A stretch of 64,000 nt of DNA, from NCBI RefSeq assembly GCF_009914755.1, contig NC_060936.1, one strand, 5' to 3'. Under the pieces are notes generated by a model that worked only from the letters and a program-made list of their open reading frames with translations, was not told the DNA's origin and searched no databases. This DNA comes from the human T2T-CHM13v2.0 reference genome, Homo sapiens. Shown piece by piece: positions 40,179 through 55,169 of this stretch; position 1 is the stretch's first letter; every line of letters starts with the position of its first letter. The position numbers and the translations under genes are program-made.

Positions 40179-40310
40179 AAAAAGACTGCTAGGGGTCCTG
40201 GACCATCCAGAAATATAAACACAATGTCCAAGATAATGGGTATACCAACTGATTTTCTCTATTAGAGAATTTTCCAATGATGGACATACATTGCAAGATG
40301 ATTCCACAGG

Positions 40311-40318
<8 letters not shown>

Positions 40319-40348
<30 letters not shown>
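40319..40348. repeat. (TG)n microsatellite
   Basis: Directly visible. Confidence 0.97.
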
Positions 40349-40350
<2 letters not shown>

Positions 40351-40689
40351 ATAAGCATTTGCAAAAAACCGTTACCAAAGTTTGTTGCTATTTAGCTCAC
40401 CATTTCTGATTACACAGCAACCCCCATGAGGTTCCCTTCCCCCACTACCCTTGAGAGAATTAAATTGTTCTAGCTCCAAGACGGTAACATAAGCATCTGC
40501 CCATCTATCTCCAGTGACTTATTTACTATGACTTCTCCTTCAACCTGCAGGTCAAGGATTCTCTGAAACATAAATATTTAGGTCAAGAAAAATAGAGGAA
40601 TTTATTTAATATAGTGGACTTTTTTCACTGTGCTCAATGAATATCTCCATGCCTAGTGCCTGTGCTATCAGAGGTTTATACGATTTAGA

Positions 40690-41025
40690 AAAAGCAATGT
40701 TCACTGTCACCTCAGACAAACCTTGACACATCAGTGGCTTAATGTTACCGCAAACATTTGTTTCTTGCTGACATCGAAGTCCAATAACAGGTGGGTCAAG
40801 CGGGCTCTGTCTCAGAGCTCTACCATCTGGTATATGTGCCATCTAAGGCCACTGTGGTGGAGGAAGAAAGAGCTGAAGGATCTTGCAGGCTGTCTGTAAG
40901 GGGCATGCTTCACGCAGCTTATCTCACTGTGCTTATTTCGTTAGCCAGAAGTCAGCAAGTCGAGGCTCCAACCTCATACAAGGGAGGCTGGGCATCCAGA
41001 AGAGCACAGGAATCTTTGGTGCTGC
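40690..41025 (-). mobile_element. Old MLT1 LTR (MLT1K/L-like)
   Basis: tcagtggcttaa..tttgtttcttgct..ttagccagaagt..caagggaggctggg. Confidence 0.55.
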
Positions 41026-41408
41026 GGAGCTTTTGCTCAAGGGCTTCCTAGTGGCCATGTGACACCCAGAGGGTCCGTAGGCCACATTGACTAGCTCCGT
41101 CCCAACGCTGCCCTTGGGCTTCCAGCATTCATTGCACCCCCGCCCCCAACCGTGTGGTTAGGAGAAAGACTGCGAATGTCCTGTTAAAACCCTTGATAAA
41201 AGATATTGCCAAGTCCTGGCTGTGGGATGAAGATGAGAATCCTTACCATGGGGTCTGCGCTCTTGACTTTGGTTGTGGGGTGAGGGGAAGCAGAGGAGAA
41301 AGAGAGAGACAGAGACAATGGGAGGTGAAGAATGCACAAGCAGCTGAAACATTGCCTCATTGTGTTCCCAGATTCTGATACTGCATCACTGGCTTCCAGA
41401 GCGCCTGT

Positions 41409-41418
41409 GTGACGTCAC
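41409..41418. promoter_or_regulatory. Perfect palindromic CRE motif (gTGACGTCAc)
   Basis: Exact match to the CREB/ATF consensus; function untested. Confidence 0.35.
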
Positions 41419-42249
41419 TGGATTCCAGTCTCTATATTTGTTCACCATCAGTGCCTCTTACTGTAAATAATTGAAAGGAATATAATAGGGTGAGAATTAT
41501 TGTTGCCTCCCCCCTTTCGCCTTTCATAAAATCTTTTTATATCAGAGGGGTCTGGCCCCAGCCACTCCTAGCTCTATAATTAGTTCTGGGAGCTGTGAGG
41601 ACTGAGTTTTAGCTAATGACATTTCACAGTTCAATCTTGAAGTACCTCAGGCTTTGTGATCTTTTTTGAAGCAAAGAGCTAGGGCTACAGATGAACCTGG
41701 GTAATTTGCACTAATAATACGTCAGTCTGTCAGCAGATTCCCAAATTTTACAAATAAGCAAGGGAACCCTGCAGGCTGATGTGCCAGTCAGAGGGTCCTT
41801 CCCAGCCTTCATGCTCCCAAAGCAGATGAGAGTGGGCTTGGTTTCATTAGTCACAGCTGGTGGGTTTTCATTATCTTCATTCTCTCATGTCTGCCTTGGC
41901 CATCATTGAGCCACACACATCTTCAAGCAAAGCATTCTCTGCCTTGAGACACACTAGTTCTTAAAGTGCTCTAGACTTCAGGAGAACCTGAAGCCCCTCA
42001 CAGAGCCTTTGGAGTGCATGGCTATGAGGCCTGGGCACACAGCGAGACATGTAGTTGTCACTATCACCCAGTGCAAAAACACTCAGAGGGGCTCATGAGA
42101 ATCCTGTCTTCAGAAACTGAGGCCCCAAGACATTCAATGACTTGCAAGTCTGTTCTTTCCTGTCCATCTTCTCTCTTCTCTACCACACTTCCCCTCTCTC
42201 TCTCTCTGGAAATTACCTGGATTCCCTCTCTTGGCCTCCAGACGGGTCA

Positions 42250-42600
42250 ATATTTCCCTGCTTTTGCACATACCCTTACCTCTGATATCGTGCCCTTCCC
42301 ACCTTGTTCTGCTGAACTTCCTCTCTAAGGCCCAGTGCAATCATTTCTCATCTTTGAAGTCTCCTTGACTTTGTCCCTTCGAAACTGAGTTTTCACTCCT
42401 TCTTTTGTGCTGTCATAGCCTCTTATGCTTAGCTTTATTTCAGCAATAATCACACTGTGATATAACAGTGTATGAACTGTCTTTCTCCATCACGCTACAA
42501 GCTTGAGGGAATGCACTCTATCATCCTTGTCTTAGTATCACCAGAGCCCAGGTGCTTTAGACACATAGTAGATAATCAATACAAGTTTTGTGAGTGAATA
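42250..42600 (+). mobile_element. L2 3' fragment
   Basis: ctacaagcttgaggg..gtatcaccagagccca..acacatagtagataatcaata..tgagtgaat. Confidence 0.6.
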
Positions 42601-43701
42601 AGTATAAAAGTGTTGACCCTTTCCCTATGCACAAAGATAACTTTAAGACTGAGAAAGACAACAAATGTAGAATGCTTGGGATGCTTTAGAAAAAGCGGGG
42701 GTTGGGGGGTCACTAATCAAATATTATTTTGAGACTTCAAGTCTCCATTTGTCCTTATCTCCCAGGACACACCGTGAGGACAGGCAATTGCAGTTTCATG
42801 CAAGGCCCTCCCCCTTTCTTCTGCTGTTTACACTGGATCAGAAGGTGGGGCAAGAGTCTGATTGCTGCAGTATTTGCAGGGCTGCTGTAAAATAAAACAG
42901 TCTCCATGGCTGAGAAGCCCTGTGGCCAGGGTGAGCCACACTTCACCTCGTCCTGAAGCTATTGTGCTTGGATATTAATAGCCCTAGGCAGTGTTGTCTG
43001 TGTGGGCAAGTGCTGCTTTTTCCGAGCTGTGTAAGCCCCCCATCTCCCAGAGACAAAGTGCTCCACAAATAACTGCAGCATGTTCTGAATTCCTCTGGGC
43101 GGGGAGCTTTGGGGATAATTAGCAAGGCAAGGAGGAGCAGGGGTTTAGACAGAGCACCCATCACCAACAGCTCCTGGCAGCCCACAGCTTGGGGTGGGGA
43201 GTGGGTCAGGGCTAGAGTGCAAGGAGCCCGGGTAGGTAGAGAGGGTCAGCTCTTCTGGATTTCAAGCCGGCCTCTAAAAGAAGCCAGCTGGAGATCTCAA
43301 GCAAATCACTGAAATTGGTTCAGTCCTCCTTCTTCTGGATTGGGGTTCTGCTTATTTCATAGCTTGTTTTGATGAGTGAATTGAAGAAAATCTTGTGAGA
43401 GGCATTTATAGATTGCAAAATAATATATTAATTTCAGGGAAAACGATGATAATGGTGATGATGATGGTAGTGGCTTGTTAGGACAGCATGTCCTAGAAAA
43501 AATAGTGCGTCCTCTTCATGGTGACCATCTCTGGAAATCAGTAAGGAATAGGAACTAGGAACGGGGTTTGCACTCTGTTTTCACACGCCTCTCTCCAGGC
43601 CCAATGTCTTAGACCTCCCTGAACACAGCGACCCCACCCACACTTGGCAGAAGCTTCACACCTTCTCTAGAGGAAGTCTTTCTTTCACTCCTACACACAT
43701 A

Positions 43702-44005
43702 TTTTTTTTAATAGGGTCTCACTCTGTTGCCCAGGCTGGAGAGCAGTGGTGTGATCATAGCCCACTGCAGCCTTGACCTCTCTGGCTCAAGCGATCCTCC
43801 CATTCTCCCACCTCAGCCTCCCAAGTAGCTGGGTCCACCGGTGTGTGCCATCATGCTAGACGAACTTTTTTTTTTTATTATTTTTTGTAGAGACAGGGTT
43901 TCCCTATGTTGCCCAGGCTGATTGCGAACTTCTGGGCTCAAGCTATCCTCCTGCCTCTGCCTCCCAAAGGGCTGGGATTACAGGTGTGAGCTACTGAACC
44001 CAGCC
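43702..44005 (-). mobile_element. AluJ
   Basis: gatcatagcccactgcagccttgacctc..gctcaagcgatcctccc; two arms. Confidence 0.92.
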
Positions 44006-44149
44006 CACAACCTTTTTTTTGACTAGTAGGAACATTTTTCACTAAGAACTAGTTCAAAAGTAATCTTTTAGAAAAATTGTGATTAAACGGATCTCTCTGT
44101 ACTTCATACTGTTCTTTTTCTCTGTGTCTACTGGACCAGACTGGCATTT

Positions 44150-44290
44150 GCCCACTTCCTAGGTGTGTAACCTTGGGAAGTGACTTCATGTCTTTGTCCC
44201 TCAGTTTCCTCATCTGTGAAATGTCCCGAATAATATCTATACACAGCAGTGGGAAGAGTGTCTGGTCTTTGGTAAGAGCTCAATTGATGT
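44150..44290 (+). mobile_element. MIR fragment
   Basis: accttgggaagtgactt..cctcagtttcctcatctgtgaaatg. Confidence 0.8.
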
Positions 44291-44591
44291 TAACTGACAG
44301 TGTACACCTTCCCCCATCACCTGAGTTGATACAGTCCTGTTGCCTTTTAGGAGGTCTGGTGTTGATTTTTGCAGTGGAGTAACTCGGAGTGACATGGATC
44401 TCCTGACTACTCCACTTGAAGGAACTAAAAGGAATGGGAGGGAACCAGGCCCTCTGCTGAGCCCTGCTTAGTGGAGCCTTAACTCTGACAAACAAGAAGC
44501 AGAAGGAGCTCAATGGCCCATGAGTACTCACACATCTCATTGAGGAAGACTCCTCAGATTCCTGTGCCTGGGGAACAAAGAGCGTTAGGCA

Positions 44592-45022
44592 TGCACGAGT
44601 TTCCTAAGTTTTCCTTAACAAAGGGCCTCTGACAGGGCAGCCTCAACAATGGAAATTTATTGTCTCACAGTTCTGGAGGCTGAAACCTGAGATCAAGGTG
44701 TAGGCAGAATCATGCTCCCTCTGAAGGGGCTGGGAAGGGTCTGTTCCAGACCTCTTTTCTAGCTTCTGGGAGTTCCTTGGCTCTCAGCGGCACAACTCCA
44801 ACCTTCACATGCATTCTCCCTGACTGCATACACTTCCCCATGTCTACATTTTCCCATTTTATAAGGACCCCTGTCATATTGAATTAGGATCCATCCTAAT
44901 GAACTCATTTTAACTTGATTTCCTCTGTAAAGACCCCATCTCCAAATAATGTCACATTCTGAGGTAGTGAGAATTAGGACTCCAACATATTGGTTTTGGG
45001 AGACATGATTTAACCCATTACA
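44592..45022 (-). mobile_element. MLT1B/C MaLR solo LTR
   Basis: gaaatttattgtctcacagttctggaggctg..ttataaggac..gtcacattctgaggta..aacccattaca. Confidence 0.85.
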
Positions 45023-45214
45023 GGGATGCCATCCCCTGGACCCTCATTTTGCTAAAAAAAATAGAACCTTATAGGAAGGATGGACTCTCTCTCCCATGTT
45101 ATAGACAAAGAAACTGAATCCTGAGAGGTTAATGAAAAAGAAACAAGTATGAAGTCTCAGGTCTCCAGACTAGAATTCACAGACAGAAAGAGCCCCCACT
45201 TCTGCTGTGGACCT

Positions 45215-45390
45215 CAGCATGCTCTCCACATCTGAGTGCATTTGATCACCTGAGGAGCTGGATGGAATTCAGATTTCTCCTGTTGTACACCACCCCTAGT
45301 GAGTCAGGAACTCTGGGGATAGGACTTAGATACATATTAAACAGGCCCACCAGGTAACTTCCTGCTCACCGTGGTTCCAGAAACTTCCCC
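45215..45390. mobile_element. MER5-like hAT-Charlie relic
   Basis: atcacctgaggagct..gagtcaggaactctgggg..ttaaacaggcccaccaggt. Confidence 0.45.
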
Positions 45391-48300
45391 CTGGTATATA
45401 GGTAGTGGATCAGGGTGTTATCGGTGGCATAGATTGGAAATCAGAGTGAAACAGGGGAGATTAGAGGCAGCTGTGTCTCCCAGGGCCGCCTGATGGATTC
45501 CAGCATCTGGTTGCATGAGAAGCCGAGTTCAGGCCTGCAGCAAAGCCCTAGATATTTTCCACTGCCACATCTTCCTGGTGGCTTAAGAATGACAACTATG
45601 TGGAGTGACTGTGACCACAGATTTGAACTGAGGTTGGAAGAGTGTGGGAATTTTAGAACTAGACACCCTCTGCTTATGAACCCTTTTGGCCTCAGCTTTT
45701 GGGGGTCCCCTCCTCAGAGCTAAGCTAAGACTGTAGGGGAACTCGCGTGTATCACAGGAGCCTATTGATCCAGTGCTAGGTTTTTACTCTAAAAATTACC
45801 CTTTGTATTTGTGTGAGTACCTGTATAATGGGTATAAAATGATATGTTGCATCTGAAGAAGAACCCATACAAGTGGATCATTCTGGGAAAGACAAATAAG
45901 GATGCTCAGGCATGTTCAGGTACCTGCATCTGGAAAAGTAGACAATGAGGATGATCACTTGGCTCTGCACAAAAAAGGACGAGGGCTACTTTAACCTGAT
46001 CCTCCAGGATCTCTAACTCCAAAGCAACAACACTGCCTTGGGGAACTCCCCTGTCTAGCGCCTTTTATGGCTAGGCTTCCATATTTCAGGATCAAAGCAG
46101 GCATACAGGAGAGAGTCAGCTGATGCCTTGCACAATGATATAGCTGTTTTCTGTCGAGCTGTTTTCTGTCGTTGTAGAAGCTTACAATTCCCTACAGGGA
46201 GATTAGCTCCATTTTACTGAGAAACAATCTGCTAGGTATACAAGGCATACAGTAGGATGCTCCCTCCACTAATAGAATCAGGTGGAACTCTACCGACATA
46301 GTCAGAACTTTGGTGTGGAGAATCCAAGGCAAAGGAGAGACCAAATTGCACTGGCCTTGGGAAGCTTCATCCCCTTGCTTTTGTGTCTGTCTTCCTTTCA
46401 CTTTGGGGGGAGAGGTAAAAACATTTAACTTTTATAATGATGTGTGACTTTTCAATGCAGAATTGGTAGGAGGAAATCACTATGGGACTCAAAGCTTCTT
46501 TGGAGGAATAATGGAGTGGATAACCCAGGCATGAGTGGCAAGGAGGAGCTGCCTGCATCTGTGCCAGGCTGGCTGTGGAGGGTACAGAGCAATGCCAGCA
46601 TCTCTTAAGAAACTGCCTCACTGTGTCATCTCTGGGTTGGACTGTTTCATCATACGAGATATTTGCCATGTGTTCTGTTGCCAAAGAGATGCATTAATAA
46701 CAATAGTTAACCAGGATTGTTTTTTGTTTAGGTGTGAATGGTCCGTTAATTTTCTGACATGCACAGTCATAGTGATTTTTTTTAGAAGTACCAGAAGAAA
46801 GCCCGGAATAATCTCTGATTTACATATACAGAGCTGTTTGCTCAAAGACACACTATGGATTTCCCATGCAATTTCAACTGCAACAGAACGGTGGGGAAAG
46901 AGACAATAATTGGTATCATTTCTGTCTTATAGGCAGAAAAATCAAGGTTCCATTTCTTGCTGTGTAGGTCCATAGACGTGGAAACAGAACTGTACTCTCT
47001 AGCATCTGTGTCCACCCTTCTAGGTCCTGGGCTCCAATCAAGGATAAACTGCAACAAAAATGAGGTACATTGGTCACCAGGAAGCAGTTTCCAAAAACGA
47101 TTACTCTAGGACTCTGATTAAAGGAAGGTTATTGTTGTTGCTGTTGTTGCTTTTAAAAATGTGATTATCAGAAGAGAGGATGCTCATGTATCTAGGTTAG
47201 ATGAGGCAGAATCCAGAGGTGGGTTGTGGGGGAGGGTGGGATTAGACAACTTCCTGCGGTCTCTGGATCCTCTTACTCCACCATTCAGAAAACAGAAGTA
47301 TCCAAACCTTAGTGACCGCAGCCCCCTGAACGCTGATCACTAACATGATTAATCAGCAGGAATGCCAGTAGTCTTGTTTAGAACAGGGCCAAGCAAAGTG
47401 ATGGATTGTTATCATTATCAGTAGCACTATTTGCAATTAGTAGTAATTGCATGCTCATCTTTGGAGATCTTTTGGAGGTAATTGAATCACACTACTTAAG
47501 AATTCAGTCCCTCCAGTTCTCCCTCTTTCTTTTTTTTCCTCCATCCTCACCCCATGCCTGGAAAGCAAAGACAAGGCAGTTAATATTAATCAGGTCATTA
47601 TGCTTCATTGAGATTTATGAAATAAAGTGTTCGAATACATGGTCACGTGTTAGCGCTTCAGCATCTTTGCTCTTCAGTAGCAGGCATATGCTTAACTCTT
47701 AGGGTTCCAGGTCAATTATTGGTTATGAACTTCCTACTTCTAGGAATATACTAGGTCTTTAATCGAGAATCATAAGCTGAAAAGACTTAACCCACAAGGT
47801 AACATGGAACTCACCTACATGTGTGGATGTGTGGATGAACCAGACTTGAAATTCTGAACTCTGGGCTCTTAGGCCAGTGCTCTTCATGGAGCACCTTGCT
47901 ACTTTTGAAAAGTGATGCTCCAAGTCATTCACAGCACGTCGGCACAATCCTTCAATGTGTCCCTCTGTCACCAGCACCCTGGATGGCACACAGGATGTAT
48001 TAACAGCATCTGTATTAACAACTCGAGCACCTTTCCTATCAGGCATAGTCTGCTTTGAGGACCAACTTCTTCCTTACTAGCCCACTGATTAATAAGTTCT
48101 TACTGAACATCTACTGTTTGCTTCAGCCTGAAAACATGTTTGGCACACCTACGGGGCATTAGACATTATACTGTATCCTAGGGCTATGAGGTTAATAAGA
48201 CTCAGTCTCTTCCCATGCCAAGAATCCAAGGAGATCAAGACAAGCACATAGGTATGAACAAAGGCAAGTGCAATATGCATGGATGTGCCTGAAGATGAGC

Positions 48301-48501
48301 TACTTTAATAGCGTTATGTTAGAAACAGCTAAATCTACAAAAGTAGACAGTTTAATTAATTTATGCCATAGATATATTTATTAGTGTCAGCTGTGTCCCA
48401 ACACTGTACTAATTACTGGTAGTATAATACAACAAATATAGTCTCTGCTGTTTCCCTCATGTATGTTATATTCTAGTAAAGAGACAGATCTCTTTATGAG
48501 T

Positions 48502-49070
<569 letters not shown>

Positions 49071-49269
49071 TATGAGAGAGTGATATAAGATTTATTCTTA
49101 CATCTAAGTACTATTTATCTGAGTGTCTGTCATGGTACCTGTTCCCAGGAAGTTTGTAGTCTGGTAGGAGAGGTGTATACACACAAAAAGTAACAAAGCA
49201 ATAAAATAACTGTAGCCTGTATTGAATGTATTAGGGAAACAAATAGAATGCTGTGATATGAGAGAGAAC

Positions 49270-49490
49270 AGAGTGCCATTATTAAAAAGTGCTGGCACCG
49301 GAGCTAGGCTGCCTCGGTTTGAATCCCACCTCTATTACTTGCCAGCTGTGTGACCTTGAGCAACTTATCTAACTTCTCTGCGCCTCCATTACTTCAGTAA
49401 ATAGAAAATATAGTTTCTCTGCAAACTAAATGAGTTAATATTTGTGATGTGCTTAAAATAGTGTCTGGCCTAAAATAAGTATGATGTACT
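49270..49490 (+). mobile_element. MIR SINE
   Basis: ggtttgaatcccacctcta..agctgtgtgaccttgagcaacttatctaacttctctg. Confidence 0.85.
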
Positions 49491-49592
49491 AGCAGAGTTG
49501 ATAATGCAAGGACTCATGCGAGTGAATTTCTCTCTTATGAAATTAATTCCTAATCTGACAATTTCGCGATGAGGGATGCATACTTTGAGGGA

Positions 49593-49831
49593 CAATGATG
49601 TGCTGAAGCCAGCTTGTACTAATCCACAAAAACCAATGTTTCTCCCCTCTTCTCCAAACACTGCATTCAGTGACTTAAAACACTTCCCCCAGACTATGCA
49701 TTCACTGATAGCTTGAGATTGGCCGTGGCAGGAGCATTCATACCACGAAATTGATAAATGCTACCTGCCAATCAGGGCTTTTCTTTTTTCCTCAAAGAAT
49801 CGATTGCCAAATATTTACCAGCCCACCACTG
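49593..49831. mobile_element. MER63A-like hAT-Blackjack MITE
   Basis: Termini caatgatgtgctg...cagcccaccactg (TIR-like); internal tagcttgagattggccgtgg and aatcagggctt. Confidence 0.75.
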
Positions 49832-50145
49832 GTATGTACATTTAGTAGAGGGTAATGGGGAGCTGGAGTTCTTCCCAGTAGTTCCAAACTGCTTACACCT
49901 ATCATGATATATTTGTGAAATACATATTTGTTAAGAAATTCTAAAACACCTCATGTAATGTGTCCATTATACCAGGCCCAAAGGCGTGGGGGCTTATTTG
50001 CCCAGAAACTGGAAATGCTATGGAAAGACAAAGCCGTGATGACTGCCATTAATGATGGGCCACAGAAATAAGCTATTCATCAGCTGAGTACTCTCTCTTG
50101 ACAAAGCACGTGCAATTGGGGTAACTTCTGCACAGGGCGGGGATA

Positions 50146-50460
50146 TCTTGGGACAGGGCTGCAGGAGCCAACCTCTGCACCTGATGGAAAATGAAATACA
50201 CATTGACCCAATTACTTACGCAATCACTATAAAAATAGAACTTAACGTAAGAATAAACCTGTTTAATCATCAAGTATTCAAATTTATTTTAAAGAAAGGT
50301 AGAACTACAATAAATATTAACATAATAAATAAATGTAAATATCTAATGAAGTATTAAAATAATATTTAAATGAATGTAAACATCAAGGTACAGATTGTGC
50401 TTTTTCCCACTTCATGTGATCTATTAAAAACTATTACTATTTAACATTTATTGAATATTT
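50146..50460. repeat. Copy 2 of the local duplication (partner 48502-49070)
   Basis: Colinear with copy 1 on both sides of its Alu, with an extra AT-rich stretch. Confidence 0.88.
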
Positions 50461-50675
50461 ATTAAATGTCCATCTTTTGAGTGTTTTATTATGTATTAAC
50501 TCATTTCATCCTGAAAAAAACCCATAAGGGAGTTATTATTATTGTTCCCATTTTACCAACAAAAAAATTGAGGCCTCCAAGAGATTAAGTAAGTGGCTCA
50601 GGGCTTTCAGCTGGTAAATGTGCAAACCAGGACACAAGCGCGGAGTATCTGACTTCAGCACCTTTGCACTGTGCC
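50440..50675 (-). mobile_element. MIR SINE (probable host of the Ricksha insertion)
   Basis: tattaactcatttcatcct..cccattttac..ttgaggc..gagattaagtaa..agctggtaaatg. Confidence 0.8.
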
Positions 50676-50899
50676 AGTGGTGTTGATAATGTCTAAAGAC
50701 CCAATCCCGAAGGCTATAATCCCAAATGCTGAAATCCCAAAAGATCAAAATCCCTAAAGTCTAAATTCCTAAAGTCTAAAATCCCTACTTAAATCCCCAA
50801 ACCATGACAGATTAAGAATTAGGTGCCACCAATGTTTCTAAAAGTAAATTTCAAGGAGTTACCAATGAAGTCTGTTTTTTTCCATTTTTTCCATTTGCT

Positions 50900-51873
<974 letters not shown>

Positions 51874-53191
51874 TTCTTCACTATTTTAAATTGTTAGCAT
51901 TACTTTTTACATTCACTTTTTACATATTTCTTACATTACATTTCATTTTACATTCGCTATGTATTTCACTTCCGCATTGTTTCCAACACTGGAGGTATAA
52001 ACGGTGTAAAGACATTTGGAGAGTTCTAATTCGTTTTATGCATTTTTGGCAAATTTGACTCCACGAAAATACATTATCATAATGTTAACTCTGTGTGCAA
52101 ACATTATGCATACACATAAGAATGTTGAAATTTCCTGTATAAATGAAGAGATGTCCTTTCTGTACATCTCCATGTTGGAGAGATAACATTTTGTGATCTC
52201 TGTTCTTTGGGCAACTGCATTTGCTGTTTGTGACCCATTGCAGTTTTTGATGGGTCTCGTCAAAAGGCTTAGGCTGTCCATTACAGTATTTCAGATGATC
52301 ACATTTATATAAGCAATTTCTTTATGAATACAGTTCATCTGTTATAGATAGCCATTATATCCATGCAACTGTCATTAGTATACCTGAGTGCTTATGTTTG
52401 CAAAAAATATGTATGTTATCATTACATATTTTATAGTATAAAATGGTCTATGAAATGTTCTGTCATGCTTTTATGTTTCTCAAATAAATTTCCCATTAAA
52501 ATGTAAATATATGTCTTTTAAAGAATTTTTATGGTTACATTTTACAGAGTTACATTTTTGAGACTTTGATCTTTCCAGATTTCAACATTCAGGATTATGG
52601 CATTTGGGATGGTATCTTTCTGCATTATGGCCCAAACTCTCACTATGCAATACCACCTCTCAAATGCTTTTCTCCAATGCAAACAACAGAACAAATGTCA
52701 TTTCTATTATTGTGATACAACTTGTATCAGAGAAATTATATCTGCAGGCAAGAGTACTTCCTAACACTGAATCACGGAACAGGGCACTCTTACCCAGACA
52801 CAGGCAGTGCTGAGCAGGACCTGGGCCACCTAGGGAGTAAGAATCAGGATGGTCCCCACCCTCAGGGTTGTGCTAGTGCAGAGTTGGCCCCGAAAGTGGG
52901 TGCCTCCTTAAATCTTGCTCCCAAGTGCTGGCCCTAGTGCTGGGCCACCACAGGCCTATTGGCCTCCTTGGTTTCATAAGTATACTTGCCAAAAAAGAAG
53001 ACTATAAAAGCCAGAGAAAGAAAGAAGTAGAAGCCAATGGGCTGGAAAATCCACAAGCAACATTCCTGATAGCCAACTGCACAACCAGAGGCCGGGGCAG
53101 AGAGAGGAGCCTGGGGGTGGGGCCTGCCCTGCTTCCCAGCTATTAAGCAACTCAGGCTGTTCTTTTGTTTTGTTTTATTTCTTTCCAGCTT

Positions 53192-54110
53192 GCTTTATTG
53201 AGGTATAATTGACAAATAAGAATTGTACATATTTAAGGTTTTGATATACGTATACATCGTGAAATCATCACTACAATCAAGCTAATTCACATATCCATTA
53301 CCTTACATAGTTACTATTTTTTCATAGTGAAAACACTTAAGATCGAATTTTTTACCAAATTACAAGTATGCAATATAGTATGATTAACTACAGTCCCCAT
53401 GCACTGTACATTAGGTCTTCAGAATTTATTCATCTTATAACAAACTGCAAGTTTGTACCTTTTCACCAACATCTCTGTATTTCCTCTCTCCCTTACCCCG
53501 GCTGCCGTCATCCTACTCCTGTGTCTATGAGTCTGACTTTTTTAGATTCCACATATGAGTGAGATCACACAGTATTTATCTTTCTGTGCCTGACTTATTT
53601 CACTTAACATGGTATCCTCCCAGTTCCTCTGTGTTGTTGCGAATGGCAAAATTTCCTTTATTTTAAGGCTCAACAGTATTCCATTGTATATATAATCTAC
53701 GCTTCCATTATCCATTCATCCACTAATGGACATTTAGGTTGATTACACATCTTGGTTATTGTGAATAATGCTGCAATGAACATGGGACTGCAGATAATTC
53801 TTTGACATACTGATTTCATATCCTTTGGCTATATACCCAGAAGTGGGAATCCCGGGTCATACAACAGTTCTATTTTCAGTTTTTTGAGGAACAACCATAC
53901 TGCTTTTCATAATGGCTGCACCAACTTACATTCCCACCAACAGGGTGCAAGGGTTTCCTTTTCTGCATATCTTCACCAACACTTGTCATCTCTTGTCTTT
54001 TTGGTAATAGGAATTCTAACAGGTGTGAAGATATCTCATTGTGGTTTTAATTTGCATTTCCCTGATGATGAGCAATGTTGAGCATCTTTCTATAATCTGT
54101 TGGCCATTCT
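53192..54110 (-). mobile_element. L1MA 3' fragment (L1MA8-10-like)
   Basis: ctttattgaggtataattgacaaata..ttttagattccacatatgagtgagatca..gtgaataatgctgcaatgaacatggga..ctcattgtggttttaatttgcatttccctgatga. Confidence 0.92.
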
Positions 54111-55169
54111 TAATGAGCCCAGGAAAGGAACACCCTCCCCGCCTCCACTGCTCACATGTACAGCTGCCCTCCTGTCATTGTCAGGCACCACTCCCACTGT
54201 CTCCTACTGCCAGCCTTCATCTCAGCACCAGCACTTTCTCTTCAAACCTTGTTCTCATAGCTCCAAAGAAGGAGCTCTCTCTCTTCCTTCTCCCCCTCAG
54301 GCCTTTGCAATGCTCATTCCGTTTCTATAAATTGTTCATTACTCACAATGGTCCCTGAGCTCGTTCTAAGGTCAGAAAAAGATTAAAGGCTGCTGAAGAG
54401 TGTGCATGAAGGCTGGAAAAGACCATGGTGCCATCTGTGAAAAATTCTTGCTCTTGGATGTAGTTTATTCAGCTTTTGGATAAAACACCAATGCTACACA
54501 GATATCAAAATAACACAGGAGAATGGGGTCACAGAAACCAAGGGCAATCAGCTGTATGGTCTTTAGTAAGCCACCTTCCCTTTCTGGGCCTCAGTTTCCT
54601 CCTTAACATAAGCAAGACACAGATGCAGCAGAAACTAAATAAACTCCAACCTTCCTTATAATTCTAAAATTATGAATCCTTAAGCCTAGATATTCCATAA
54701 TGGATCTTTTAACTCCAAAATTTTGTAATTCCATGATTATTCTTTCCAAGAGAAATTTAAATGAGCCTGAGGGTCTGCATAGACAGCTGCCCTGGAGATT
54801 TGTAGACTCCTGGGGAGAATACTAAATGCTCATCCTATTTGTCCATCATCAGATCTGTCTTAAGGACCCATAAAGAATGGATGGTGAAGCTCCAGGTAAA
54901 GCTGTGTCCTCCTTTTTTGGCATCCATAGCAAGATATTTTCCTGCTACTACAACTTCCCCTCTGTTCCTTCCTTCTTTTCTGCAGCAATTCTATATTGAA
55001 TGCCCACCATGTGCCAGACACAGGGGAACAAGTGGACAATGAAGGAAGAAGGTAGTCTATCTAGACCCTAGGCAAAGAAGCGCATGCAGGGAAGAGCTGC
55101 CTCCCTCTGTCCGTCTCTGGTTCCTTACCTCTTAAACACAGCTGCTCCTCAAAGAGCTGGCCCTACTCT

